Virus record (IMG/VR): IMGVR_UViG_3300002307_000126
Location: 1-36,479 of that record
Strand: one strand, 5' to 3'
Source: a virus
Lineage: Duplodnaviria; Caudoviricetes
Length of the DNA stretch: 36,479 nucleotides
Position numbers and translations under genes: made by a program. Shown one piece after another: positions 9,097 to 18,312 of this stretch (position 1 is the stretch's first letter; each line of letters starts with the position of its first letter). Below the pieces are notes generated by a model. The model was not told the origin of the DNA, searched no databases, and saw nothing but the letters and a program-made list of their open reading frames with translations.

Positions 9097-9342
9097 ATGA
9101 AAGAGAATCCTTCAGGACATCAGCATGGATTCGAGTCAATGGAGCACTATAACGAGCGTCAGTCAATGGTTAGCCATCAGAGCGAGACGACTCCTAACGG
9201 TGTTGCTATGAACTGGAAAGCTGGTGTTTATGAGATGAAGACTGAAGCAATGGACGAAGCCTACGGTCTAGCCGGTAAAAAAGGCGTAGATCAAGACTTT
9301 AACATGGCTCACTCTCAATTTAGACATTATAACTGGGCTTAA
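9097..9342 (+). CDS. Hypothetical head-region protein
   Basis: GGAGG RBS. Confidence 0.65.
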   Translation: MKENPSGHQHGFESMEHYNERQSMVSHQSETTPNGVAMNWKAGVYEMKTEAMDEAYGLAGKKGVDQDFNMAHSQFRHYNWA

Positions 9343-9345
9343 TCT

Positions 9346-9756
9346 ATGGAAACGACACTTATAGGGCAAAAGCGTCATTCTGGCATGCAAGAAATGGGCG
9401 AGACTCGTGAACCGATGGCATACGACTGTTGGATGGATGCACATCGTATAGCTGAGTCATATGCTAAAACATTATCTGGTGATTTCTGGTTAATGTTCGC
9501 AGCGAAGCCTCATGTCAAGATGCATAACGCGATAGTGCAAGGCTGGGAGGTCGTAGCAAAGCGTCCACCTAGAGCCATGGTTGGTGTGCTCGTCTTTAAG
9601 TGGTCATGTAAAGATAGACGGTTATTAGTAGAAACAGATCTTTGCTTACCTTACGACATTCCAATCAGTGAATCTGAGATGTCGAGTAAGTCAGAAGATC
9701 GAATAGGAACAGTTGAACAAGCTGCCAAAGAGTCACAGTCGATTCTATTGGCTTAG
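9346..9756 (+). CDS. Hypothetical head-region protein
   Basis: 136-aa ORF in tight operon spacing. Confidence 0.65.
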   Translation: METTLIGQKRHSGMQEMGETREPMAYDCWMDAHRIAESYAKTLSGDFWLMFAAKPHVKMHNAIVQGWEVVAKRPPRAMVGVLVFKWSCKDRRLLVETDLCLPYDIPISESEMSSKSEDRIGTVEQAAKESQSILLA

Positions 9757-9802
9757 GTTCTACAGGGCGTAACAGGTTTGTCGCCGAAACCAAAGGAACC
9801 AT

Positions 9803-10519
9803 ATGGATGAATTAGATATGTCGCGTCCAGGGGGTGAGTTGTTCCCTGAGACAGCTATGCCATACAACTCGTATCAGGACGTTAACATGGGTCAGGTCGT
9901 CGATGATCCACTAAATACCGGCAGTAAGGTTGAAGTCGCCGATCAACAAGTTTCGGATAAAGAGATGAATTTCCGAGCTTTGCGTGATGAGGTAGCCAAA
10001 ATGAAAGAAGAACGCGAGTATTGGAAGGGTCAAGCTGAAGCTTATTCACGTCAACCCGTGGCAAGTAAGGAAGATGCTTTCAACGCTTTAGAATGGGACA
10101 ATGCGGCAGATGTGAAAAAGGCATTTGACGCAATACGGCAGGAGAACGTCAAGCTTCGTGATGAGATGCGTGATGCTCTAACTGCCGTCGAAACTAAGGC
10201 TAAGCGTCAGGATTGGAACACTATGGTAACTCAACACGTACCGCAATTAACAAGCAAGAACCCGATATTTGCCGAGATGATCCAGAATGCAAGCAATCCG
10301 TACGAAGCAGCATATCTGTTAGCCGAATTAAACGCAAAGGCAAGCAATACACCCGTGCAGCAACAAAACTACGGGCAAAGAGCTATAGCCAATGCATCAA
10401 AGCCACTTACCTTAAATAGCGTGGGTGGAAATAGTCAACTTGGCGCAGCAGACTATTATGCAAGTATGTCCGATGAGGACTTCATGAAAGTTGCATCGAG
10501 GAATCTGGCGAATATCTAA
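9803..10519 (+). CDS. Capsid scaffolding protein
   Basis: Acidic N-terminus, coiled coil (EMNFRALRDE), NPYEAAY, C-terminal MSDEDF. Immediately precedes the MCP. Confidence 0.8.
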   Translation: MDELDMSRPGGELFPETAMPYNSYQDVNMGQVVDDPLNTGSKVEVADQQVSDKEMNFRALRDEVAKMKEEREYWKGQAEAYSRQPVASKEDAFNALEWDNAADVKKAFDAIRQENVKLRDEMRDALTAVETKAKRQDWNTMVTQHVPQLTSKNPIFAEMIQNASNPYEAAYLLAELNAKASNTPVQQQNYGQRAIANASKPLTLNSVGGNSQLGAADYYASMSDEDFMKVASRNLANI

Positions 10520-10534
10520 CTTTAAGGTTTAGAT

Positions 10535-10795
10535 ATGCCAATAACAACAACAGCTCAAGTGCCTCCAGAAGTGCGCACCTATTTTGACCGCCTTCTGTTG
10601 ACCTTAGCTCGGCCTTATTACATTTACGATATGTTTGCCCAGAAGCGAACAATACCGTTGAATAGCGGTGATCAGATGATCTTTAGACGCTATGCAACGC
10701 TTTCAGCAGCAACAGTACCTATTCAGGATGGAACAACTCCTCCTGGGGATAGCCTGGCTGTAACTGACTTTAGTACGCAAATTAAGTGGTACGGT
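10535..10795 (+). CDS. Major capsid protein (N4-gp56 family), exon 1
   Basis: 87 codons ending ...IKWYG. Motifs YFDRLLL, IPLNSG...FRRY, DGTTP. Confidence 0.9.
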
Positions 10796-11569
10796 AAAAC
10801 AAACGAGGAGTTACAACTCGCAGCCTAAATGCCGTTGTAAAACCCAGGGTAATTACATGGAAAGCCTACACATAAAACACCAATTGTTATATAATGATTA
10901 CGACGGAAATTTTGTAACCATTACAGGTAGGTGTTATATGCATGGTAACCAGAGGCAAGCGCTTGATCTAGCTTATATTGCAGGTCTTATGGATGGAGAA
11001 GGTTCATATTGTATTCTCAAAGCTGAAACAAAAGAGACTTTAAGACAAACAAATCGAAAGTCTCCAGTGTATTATTCAGTTATAAGAGTTGGAATGACTC
11101 AACGAGAACCAATGGAATTTATTCATAATATATTTGGATTTGGAATAGTAAGAGATGAAGGCGTTCGAAAAGATAGACCAACTTATCAACCAATGTATAG
11201 GTGGACATTACATAAAAAAGATCAAATATTAGAGTTTTGTAAAGAACTTTTACCTTATTCACGGGTTAAGAAAAAACAAATACAAAACATAATTGATTTT
11301 TTTGAAGGATGGGAAAAGCCATACAATAGAAAAATGGGTATATCTGAAAAAGAACTACTACGCAGAGAGAGACATTTGCAAATAGCACGTGAGCTTAATG
11401 CTGTAGGAGCAGCCGCAACGACTAAATCCCAGGGCCGTCGAGAGGCGGAAGTGATAGTCTAGACATTTGGGAAACCAAGTGAGAATGGGTCGAAGAGCCT
11501 GTTCCGCCTTTAAAAAGGTCTGTAAGAAGTCATTTATAAGAAAAGTGCCTTCTGAAAGTAATAGAAGCG
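10796..11569 (+). mobile_element. Group I intron 1 (774 nt) carrying a LAGLIDADG homing endonuclease
   Basis: P1: exon ACGGU pairs with GCCGU (~10831) through a U-G pair. Core ACGACTAAA (~11418) and GATAGTCT (~11453) form P7. Ends in G11569. Removal restores in-frame WYG|NFVTITD. Confidence 0.88.
10938..11462 (+). CDS. LAGLIDADG homing endonuclease (single motif)
   Basis: DLAYIAGLMDGEGS motif and LLPYSRVKKKQ. TATAAT (10890-95) and an AGGTG RBS favour the ATG at 10938 over 10857. Confidence 0.9.
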   Translation: MHGNQRQALDLAYIAGLMDGEGSYCILKAETKETLRQTNRKSPVYYSVIRVGMTQREPMEFIHNIFGFGIVRDEGVRKDRPTYQPMYRWTLHKKDQILEFCKELLPYSRVKKKQIQNIIDFFEGWEKPYNRKMGISEKELLRRERHLQIARELNAVGAAATTKSQGRREAEVIV

Positions 11570-12082
11570 AACTTCGTAACAATAACGGATCAAGTACAAT
11601 TTACTGTGCAGGACCGTGTTCTTAATGAAGCTACAAGGGTGTTGTCACTCCAGTTAGGTTTGACAATCGACACCTTAATAAGAAATATGATGGTGGCTAC
11701 TGCGTCATCTATTTTGTGCTCGAATGGTATAAACGGCAATACCCCAACTGAGATTACGACCACAGACATTAAAACAGCTGTGCGTGCTCTTAGACTGGGT
11801 AATGCAAGACTAATGACAAAGCCAATTCCTGGGGAAAACCGCTTTGCAACATCTCCTGTAAGGTCCTCGTATTGGGGCTTTATGGATGTAACTTTGCAAT
11901 TAGACTTGGAAGCTTGCGCAGACTTTTTGAGTGCTGCCAACTATCCTAACCCATTGGATGCTTTAGAAGCTGAATGGGGTAGTACAAACAACTGTAGATG
12001 GTTACTAAGCACTAATGGTTATGCGTCTAGCGCTTCGCCACCAGTGTATAACAACATAATCCTCGGACAAGAGGCATACGGT
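11570..12082 (+). CDS. Major capsid protein, exon 2
   Basis: 171 codons NFVTITDQ...EAEWGS...ILGQEAYG, in phase 0 at both ends. Confidence 0.88.
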
Positions 12083-12313
12083 GAACAAGAGGCACTAGCA
12101 GCCTAAATGCCGTATTAAAATCTTTGGTAATTGACTTGGACACCCTAACGTAAAGACGAGGGCAACAAGGCGCAAGCAGCGGAAGTAGGCAGCGTGAACG
12201 ACTAAATCCAGAGACCCGAAAGGGATGCGATAGTCTGAACTGGGAAGGAAACTCTCAGAGGCTGATCCGAAGAGGTTAGCCCGCCTAGAAATAGGTCATA
12301 AAGTAACAGAATG
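12083..12313 (+). mobile_element. Group I intron 2 (231 nt, no ORF)
   Basis: P1 AUACGGU/GCCGUAU, core ACGACTAAA and GATAGTCT. The 3' end AAAGTAACAGAATG parallels intron 1 AAAGTAATAGAAGCG. Removal gives AYG|VVKL in frame. Confidence 0.88.
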
Positions 12314-12484
12314 GTAGTTAAGCTAGGAAGTAAGGAAGCAGAGTTTATCGTTAAGCCACTTGGTTCTAGCGGTACATCTGATCCATTAAACCAAAGGGGC
12401 TCAGTAGGTTACAAGTATCCATTTGCTACACGTTTACTGAACGACAATTGGATCACTCGTCTATTAGCAACTCAACGGCTATAA
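12314..12484 (+). CDS. Major capsid protein, exon 3 (spliced MCP = 314 aa)
   Basis: VVKLGSKEAEFIVKPLGSSGTSDPLNQRGSVGYK...; DPLNQRG.VG.K is the N4-gp56-family C-terminal signature. Missing from the ORF track. Confidence 0.9.
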   Translation, partial: VVKLGSKEAEFIVKPLGSSGTSDPLNQRGSVGYKYPFATRLLNDNWITRLLATQRL

Positions 12485-12499
12485 CAAGGAGGTTAAGTC

Positions 12500-13204
12500 A
12501 TGAGTCAATATCGTAACGGTATTATAACTTCTACTGGTGCAGCCGTGAACTTAGCACTAGGGTTTGTGCCTGACAAGTTTATGATCACGAATTATACAAC
12601 TACAGCAGCACAATCCGGTGTTAACGAGTCATTGTGGATAAATAACGTTGTACCTAGCGGGTACGCGATTATTTCTACATTAACAGCGGGTGCTCCTGTC
12701 ATTTCTCAGATCACTTCAAACGGGATAACACCTATTGTTCTTGGAGCTGATTGGCAGAATACACAGTACACTATCACAGGTATCACTAATGCTAATCCTG
12801 GTGTTGTAACAGTTTCTTCCACTTCGCCGACTAACACGCTTACGTTGGCAAATGGAATGACTGTAACAATATCAAGTGTGGTTGGTATGACACAAGTTAA
12901 CACTAGGCGTTATCTTGTGGCTAATATCAGTGGTTCGACATTCCAGTTATATAACTTGTATGGGAACCCTGTCGATACCAGTGCATTTGGAACATACACT
13001 AGTGGTGGTATCGTTAACCAAATCTCTTACCCAGCTACAGCTCCTACTATTGGATCTTCTGGTGTAATAACAGCTCAAGGCAATCCTCCTGGAAATCAAT
13101 ACGACATTGGTTACATGGGATTGGCGCTTGGTACAGGTGTTATGGGATCGAACGGCAACGTTCTGTTCTGGGAAGCTTGGTTAAACACTCCTACTGGGTA
13201 CTAA
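12500..13204 (+). CDS. Virion (head decoration-like) protein with an E1-FCCH-like beta domain
   Basis: LGFVPD N-terminus, ITGITNANPGVVT...ISSVVGMTQVN motif, AGGAGG RBS. Confidence 0.7.
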   Translation: MSQYRNGIITSTGAAVNLALGFVPDKFMITNYTTTAAQSGVNESLWINNVVPSGYAIISTLTAGAPVISQITSNGITPIVLGADWQNTQYTITGITNANPGVVTVSSTSPTNTLTLANGMTVTISSVVGMTQVNTRRYLVANISGSTFQLYNLYGNPVDTSAFGTYTSGGIVNQISYPATAPTIGSSGVITAQGNPPGNQYDIGYMGLALGTGVMGSNGNVLFWEAWLNTPTGY

Positions 13205-13206
13205 GA

Positions 13207-13560
13207 ATGACTGCGCTACCAGGGTTTCCTTTAGGGACATTGTATCAGATCACAGGTATATCGAAAGGTATGCCTGGTGTTGTGACATTAAGCTCGGTTG
13301 CATTGCCTTATTCATTTGCAATTGCAGTAGGTCAAACAGTGACCATATCGGGAGTAGTGGGAATGACCGAGGTTAATGATAACAGATACATTGTGGCTAA
13401 TTTAGACCTTATAGCGCAGACATTTCAGCTATACGACTTAAAATACAAGCCAGTTAGTACTTTGGGATATGAGGCATACATATCTGGCGGTGAAGTAAAC
13501 ATAATATCATATCCGCCTGGGGCAGGGCAGCCACCGGGATTAATGTATAACAATCAATAG
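13207..13560 (+). CDS. Small paralogous FCCH-like virion protein
   Basis: ITGISKGMPGVVT...ISGVVGMTEVN, clearly similar to the upstream gene. Confidence 0.65.
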   Translation: MTALPGFPLGTLYQITGISKGMPGVVTLSSVALPYSFAIAVGQTVTISGVVGMTEVNDNRYIVANLDLIAQTFQLYDLKYKPVSTLGYEAYISGGEVNIISYPPGAGQPPGLMYNNQ

Positions 13561-13573
13561 ACACGGAGGAATT

Positions 13574-13972
13574 ATGACATTTAAAAAGAAACCCGAGAAG
13601 AAAATAGATGTTGAGACATTGCAAGCTAACTATTTGGCAGGCCCAGCAGATGAGCCGATAGAACAAGTGAGAAAAGAGCTTAAGGAAAATGAGATAGTGG
13701 TAACCAATGAGGTACCAAAGTTTGAAAAGATCATATTTAGAAACCAGAGAGACCCTGGGCATCCGTTAGAGTTTCACTATTCAAGCAAGACACATCCTTT
13801 CAAACAGTACACTTTGATCGACGGAAAGACGTACGATTTACCTGTCGAAGTGATAAAGAATCTTGAATCGTGCAGAGAGAATATTGAGAAATACAGACGC
13901 AATGCAGACGGAATACCTGAAATATACATAGCTGGTTACAAGACACACTTTGTATGTGAGAGGGCAGCCTAA
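13574..13972 (+). CDS. Hypothetical head-completion-region protein
   Basis: GGAGG RBS, located in the structural operon. Confidence 0.65.
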   Translation: MTFKKKPEKKIDVETLQANYLAGPADEPIEQVRKELKENEIVVTNEVPKFEKIIFRNQRDPGHPLEFHYSSKTHPFKQYTLIDGKTYDLPVEVIKNLESCRENIEKYRRNADGIPEIYIAGYKTHFVCERAA

Positions 13973-14943
13973 TGGTCTATACGCCATCTGCATGGAATTT
14001 ATCTAACATAATTAGCGAATTTCGCAGTATTACTGGTATACCTGATTCGTCGATGTATTCTAATCAGCAATGCGTCACTCTGATCAATTATTACTACCAG
14101 ATGGTGTTGCCTAAGGAGCTAAAGATATTCTGGGGTTACACCAATTATCAGTTCTTTTGTCAGGCAAATGTAGATCAATACCAGGTCCCGACAGTCGACA
14201 GTAATGGTAACCCGATTAATTTTCAGACTTTTAATCCAGTGGCTTATGCAGATGGATTTCAGCTTACATGGTACTTAGATCAAGACACATTCTATCAAGA
14301 TTACCCGCAACAAGAGATCAAGCAACAGATCGCGACATACACTGGGACAAATAGTTTTTCAGCCACTATATCCTATTACCCTTTATTACCTAGGAGTGTG
14401 TATGTCACGGATGGAACGCAAGTCGTACAAGATGACGGAAATGGAGGGTTCACCCAGGTGGCTCCTTTATCTAATGTTGGTGTTGTTTCTGGTTCTATTA
14501 ACTACGCGACTGGAACAATATCTGGGTTAAGTTTCCTGTCTAATCCTACGGCCAATGCATCTATCACAGCTACATTTGACACTTACTATGCTGCAAGGCC
14601 TCAAGGTATCTTATATTTCAAGCAAGCGCCTTTAGCAAACAGTACTGTGGCAAGCCTTAACGCTACCGAGTACTTTGTCTTAAGACCTGTGCCAGATCAA
14701 GTGTACATGATTAAGATGCAGGGTGTTCAAGTACCGCCTGCTCTGATCAATGATTCCGATGTTCCATTTAGACCTGATTTAGGCCCATTGATAGCTTTGG
14801 GTGCAGCATTACACAGATTCAAGCTATTCAATCAGATGGACCAGTACGAACAATATTTACCAGAATACAACAGATTTAAAGACGTAAGCATGCAAGATAC
14901 GTATGAAGAGCTGTTGTATGAAAGAAGTATACCAAAGTTTTAA
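13972..14943 (+). CDS. Head-tail adaptor-like protein
   Basis: Helical N- and C-termini, LRPVPDQVY motif, position. Confidence 0.65.
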   Translation: MVYTPSAWNLSNIISEFRSITGIPDSSMYSNQQCVTLINYYYQMVLPKELKIFWGYTNYQFFCQANVDQYQVPTVDSNGNPINFQTFNPVAYADGFQLTWYLDQDTFYQDYPQQEIKQQIATYTGTNSFSATISYYPLLPRSVYVTDGTQVVQDDGNGGFTQVAPLSNVGVVSGSINYATGTISGLSFLSNPTANASITATFDTYYAARPQGILYFKQAPLANSTVASLNATEYFVLRPVPDQVYMIKMQGVQVPPALINDSDVPFRPDLGPLIALGAALHRFKLFNQMDQYEQYLPEYNRFKDVSMQDTYEELLYERSIPKF

Positions 14944-14952
14944 GGAGAATTT

Positions 14953-15525
14953 ATGGCATATACGAGTAACGTGCCTCAGGCTAGTCAGACTTTTCCAGCG
15001 ACGCAGCCTTTGATCAATGCTAACTTCGGGTTTTTAAACACAGGCATTGGTCAAGAGCATAACTTTAATGCATCAGGATCTGGGTCAGACATGTATCATT
15101 TAAAAGCGTCAATGCCTAATCAGAGTGACCCTGTTTCATTGACCGCGCCTGTTACTGGGATTTACTATGTGCAAGGCGGGTTTCCTAAGTTCTACAATGG
15201 CACAGCTTACAAGATTCAGTTGACTAATACATTGCAGCTTGTTTTAACTGGTACTTTCAGTTTAACAACCTCAGCTAGTACTGTAGTTGCAATTCCTGCT
15301 AATTCTGCTGGTCAATATTTTCTGTTTCGTCAAAGCGTTAATGGATATGTTAATACGGCATGTGCTGTGGGACAATTCGTATCAGATAATAATAGTTTAT
15401 TTCCTTCTGCGGTGTCTGATCCAAAAATTACTATTACATCTTCAGGATTGAACTTACAAGCAGAAGCTACAGCATCGGGTTTTACAGGAACTTACACATA
15501 TTTAATAGTTTATTACACACCATGA
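14953..15525 (+). CDS. Virion structural protein
   Basis: MAYTSNVPQ...TQPLINANF, beta-rich. Confidence 0.6.
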   Translation: MAYTSNVPQASQTFPATQPLINANFGFLNTGIGQEHNFNASGSGSDMYHLKASMPNQSDPVSLTAPVTGIYYVQGGFPKFYNGTAYKIQLTNTLQLVLTGTFSLTTSASTVVAIPANSAGQYFLFRQSVNGYVNTACAVGQFVSDNNSLFPSAVSDPKITITSSGLNLQAEATASGFTGTYTYLIVYYTP

Positions 15526-17840
15526 AAGAGTATCAAGGCTATCCTATATCTAATTTTCGCACTGGTCTAGATGAGGCTTTAGAACCGTGGCTTTTACCTA
15601 GAGAGGCGTTTCAGTTGATGAAGAACTGTCATTGCTACAGGGGTGTCGTTGAAAAGATAAATGGCTACAATCCTTACGCGGCAATGAGTTACAGAAACGT
15701 TGTTGCGCCTAATGAAAGTATCAATGGATCGCGCAAGACGTTTACATTTACACTGCCTTACGCGCCTACTACGTCTAATTTCTACGCGTATGGCACAATA
15801 ATCGCCGGCAGTACAGGTGAAACATTTGCCTATCAGTCTGACGATGGATCCAACATTATTACTTTGCTTGGGTCAGCCGGCGGAACAGGTACAGTGAACA
15901 TAAGTGGCCTGTCAGCTTCAATCACGTTTAACACAGCTCCGCCTTCAGGCACGTACAGTTCAGTCTTCTTTGAGTATGATTCGGCTTCTCCTGGCACGTA
16001 TTCAATCATGGGGATTCAGCCGTACTTTGACTCGTCTGGCTCGCAATCGATCATTGTATTCGACGAGAAGCGTGTTGGAATGATAAAAAGCAACTTTGGT
16101 CTGATGATTCAGTTATCCGGCACAAATCAGAATATTCAGGAGATACCTCATTCATATTATCAAAACACTATCTTTACCGGCACAAATTCAACAGGGCCAT
16201 ACACAGGCACATTAGGTCACAGAGTGGAGCCAGGCACATTAAACTGGCAATTGTACAATACGACAACAGGGGCTTTAATAGCTGATAACCAAGTAACAGA
16301 TAACGGCTTTGGCGGTCTGATAGGGCCTAACGTAGCTAGCGGGAGTATAAATTACACGACTGGCGCCTACACAGTTACATTTACTTCGAATATTGTTAAC
16401 ACAAACAAGTATGACAGTACCACAGGTGTTTATGGCAATCTATTTACAGGAAGTTTTACAAACTTTTTTAGCTGCTGGAATTATCAGTACAAGCTGTTCT
16501 TTTGTAACAATGTTGATCCGATCTTTTATTACGACGGAACATCAATTCAATACTTAAACACTAACTTATCTGTAAAACTTGTATCTGCGTCAGCTGGTGT
16601 TCCTCAGTATGATATCACTACGACATTACATCTTTTAGCGCATAGAGAACGTTTAATCTTACTATCGCCTACAGTTGAAGGTACCCCTCAGGTTGCAGCG
16701 GCTTACTGGTCTGAAGCAGGCAATCCGCTTAATTTCACTAATGACGAGCAATTGTTTGCATCTACGAGCGAGCCTATCAGAACATACAGCTTAATCAACA
16801 CATCATTGGTCGTGCGTTTCTCTAACTCGGAACGAATCTTAAATTATACAGAAGATGCGTTTAGCCCATTCCGCTGGGACAGTACTAATAACTTATGGCA
16901 ATGCGATGGTCCTTACAGTGTGATAAACTATGATTCTTGGTTCAGTTCAGTCGGCAAACCGGCAATTGTCAGTTCAGATGGTGTAAACGTCCGCAGGGCA
17001 GATGAGATAATTCCGGACTTTACAGATCCTTACCGCATTGAAGATAATTCACCAGTGCCTTACATGAATCAGACTAGCATAGTTGTTTCATATGGTTACA
17101 GGTTTGACGATTTGAAGGAAGGCTGGCTTTGTTACAATAGTTCACCAAATGCGGAGGCTACTGTTACAAAAGCCGATAATGTGTTAGCATTCAACTATCT
17201 AGATCAGACTTATTCTGTTTACACGTTTCCCTTCAGCTGTCTTGGATTAGGGCGTATTTTAACACTGCCGACCTGGGGAAACACGTTTGTTCCGTGGGCT
17301 GATTACAACTTAGCTTGGGGTGATTACCAGCTATCAGACTCAGCCTTATTAGATCTAGCTGGTGATCACTACGACACAGTTTACGAGCTGAACGCAGGTA
17401 CAACACAGACTGTAGCTGGTGACTCTACCTTAACGCCAGTGCCTGTGCTAATGGATCTAATGACAAAGAACTTTAATCCATTTATCGAAGAAGGACAACT
17501 GGCAAGACTAGGCTATGTAGACTTGTTTGTTTCGGCGAATGATCAGACTACAGTGCGTGTGCAATTCTACCTTAACGACCAGCAATACTTGGACGTAAAC
17601 AACAATCCAGCGGGCTATTATCAAGAGACGATACTTAAACTAACGCCAACCGATGCGATGAGCCCTACGACAAGACAGATTAAGATATGGAAAAGAATCT
17701 ACGTAGGTGCAGTGGCAAAGGAACATACAATAAGAATATATCAGAATGAAGCAGACTTTGACAGTGTAGACCAGTATCAGCCTGTATTCATTCATGCTAT
17801 TGTGCCTTATTTTAAACCCGCAGGAAGGATCTTTAACTAA
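15522..17840 (+). CDS. Tail nozzle/stabilisation protein (P22 gp10 / T7 gp12-like)
   Basis: 772 aa beta-propeller-like composition, YWSEAGNP motif, position before the ejection genes. Confidence 0.7.
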   Translation: MKEYQGYPISNFRTGLDEALEPWLLPREAFQLMKNCHCYRGVVEKINGYNPYAAMSYRNVVAPNESINGSRKTFTFTLPYAPTTSNFYAYGTIIAGSTGETFAYQSDDGSNIITLLGSAGGTGTVNISGLSASITFNTAPPSGTYSSVFFEYDSASPGTYSIMGIQPYFDSSGSQSIIVFDEKRVGMIKSNFGLMIQLSGTNQNIQEIPHSYYQNTIFTGTNSTGPYTGTLGHRVEPGTLNWQLYNTTTGALIADNQVTDNGFGGLIGPNVASGSINYTTGAYTVTFTSNIVNTNKYDSTTGVYGNLFTGSFTNFFSCWNYQYKLFFCNNVDPIFYYDGTSIQYLNTNLSVKLVSASAGVPQYDITTTLHLLAHRERLILLSPTVEGTPQVAAAYWSEAGNPLNFTNDEQLFASTSEPIRTYSLINTSLVVRFSNSERILNYTEDAFSPFRWDSTNNLWQCDGPYSVINYDSWFSSVGKPAIVSSDGVNVRRADEIIPDFTDPYRIEDNSPVPYMNQTSIVVSYGYRFDDLKEGWLCYNSSPNAEATVTKADNVLAFNYLDQTYSVYTFPFSCLGLGRILTLPTWGNTFVPWADYNLAWGDYQLSDSALLDLAGDHYDTVYELNAGTTQTVAGDSTLTPVPVLMDLMTKNFNPFIEEGQLARLGYVDLFVSANDQTTVRVQFYLNDQQYLDVNNNPAGYYQETILKLTPTDAMSPTTRQIKIWKRIYVGAVAKEHTIRIYQNEADFDSVDQYQPVFIHAIVPYFKPAGRIFN

Positions 17841-18304
17841 TGGGTAAGTTGCAGCCGTATTTTGTTTGGCAGAAGTACCAAGGTAAGCCGGAAGATGCTC
17901 AAGAACAGTTTCAATATCAGCTGCAACAAGAGCACATCCTTACGGCTAATGCGGTTAACACTACTGTTGATGATTTGTCCTACTGGCAGCAAGAAAGACC
18001 TACATCATTTACCTCGATAACAAGTAAGCAGATATACACACAGACGTATCAAGCATTAGTGAGTTTTTTTCCAATACCGCATAATATCGACACAAAGATA
18101 CTGAATATTGTCGGGATAACAGGTGTGATACAAGATACATTGCCGTTAACATCAAGGGCTTATCCTGTGCCTTACACTGATCCGACTACTTTAGCCAATG
18201 GAATAGGTGTCTATGTGACCAAGACTCAAATAGTGTTAGTCACATCCGGCGGAACATATAATAGTTACACAGCAACAATAACGTTACAGTATACGAAGAA
18301 GTAG
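17840..18304 (+). CDS. Tail-associated structural protein
   Basis: IPHNI...ITLQYTK pattern, TAATG coupling. Confidence 0.6.
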   Translation: MGKLQPYFVWQKYQGKPEDAQEQFQYQLQQEHILTANAVNTTVDDLSYWQQERPTSFTSITSKQIYTQTYQALVSFFPIPHNIDTKILNIVGITGVIQDTLPLTSRAYPVPYTDPTTLANGIGVYVTKTQIVLVTSGGTYNSYTATITLQYTKK

Positions 18305-18312
18305 GAGGACAT

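Noticed and set aside
10790-10860. A tmRNA gene (because of the ssrA-like tags)
   Set aside because: No tRNA-like acceptor or T arm is present, and the tags lie within intron P1 loops.
10857-10937. N-terminal extension of the endonuclease from ATG 10857
   Set aside because: This stretch is ribozyme structure plus promoter. The better RBS precedes ATG 10938.
10535-12484. Capsid pseudogene, frameshift or intein
   Set aside because: Both interruptions have P1 U-G pairs, P7 cores and a terminal G, and excise cleanly in frame. The in-frame stops exclude inteins.
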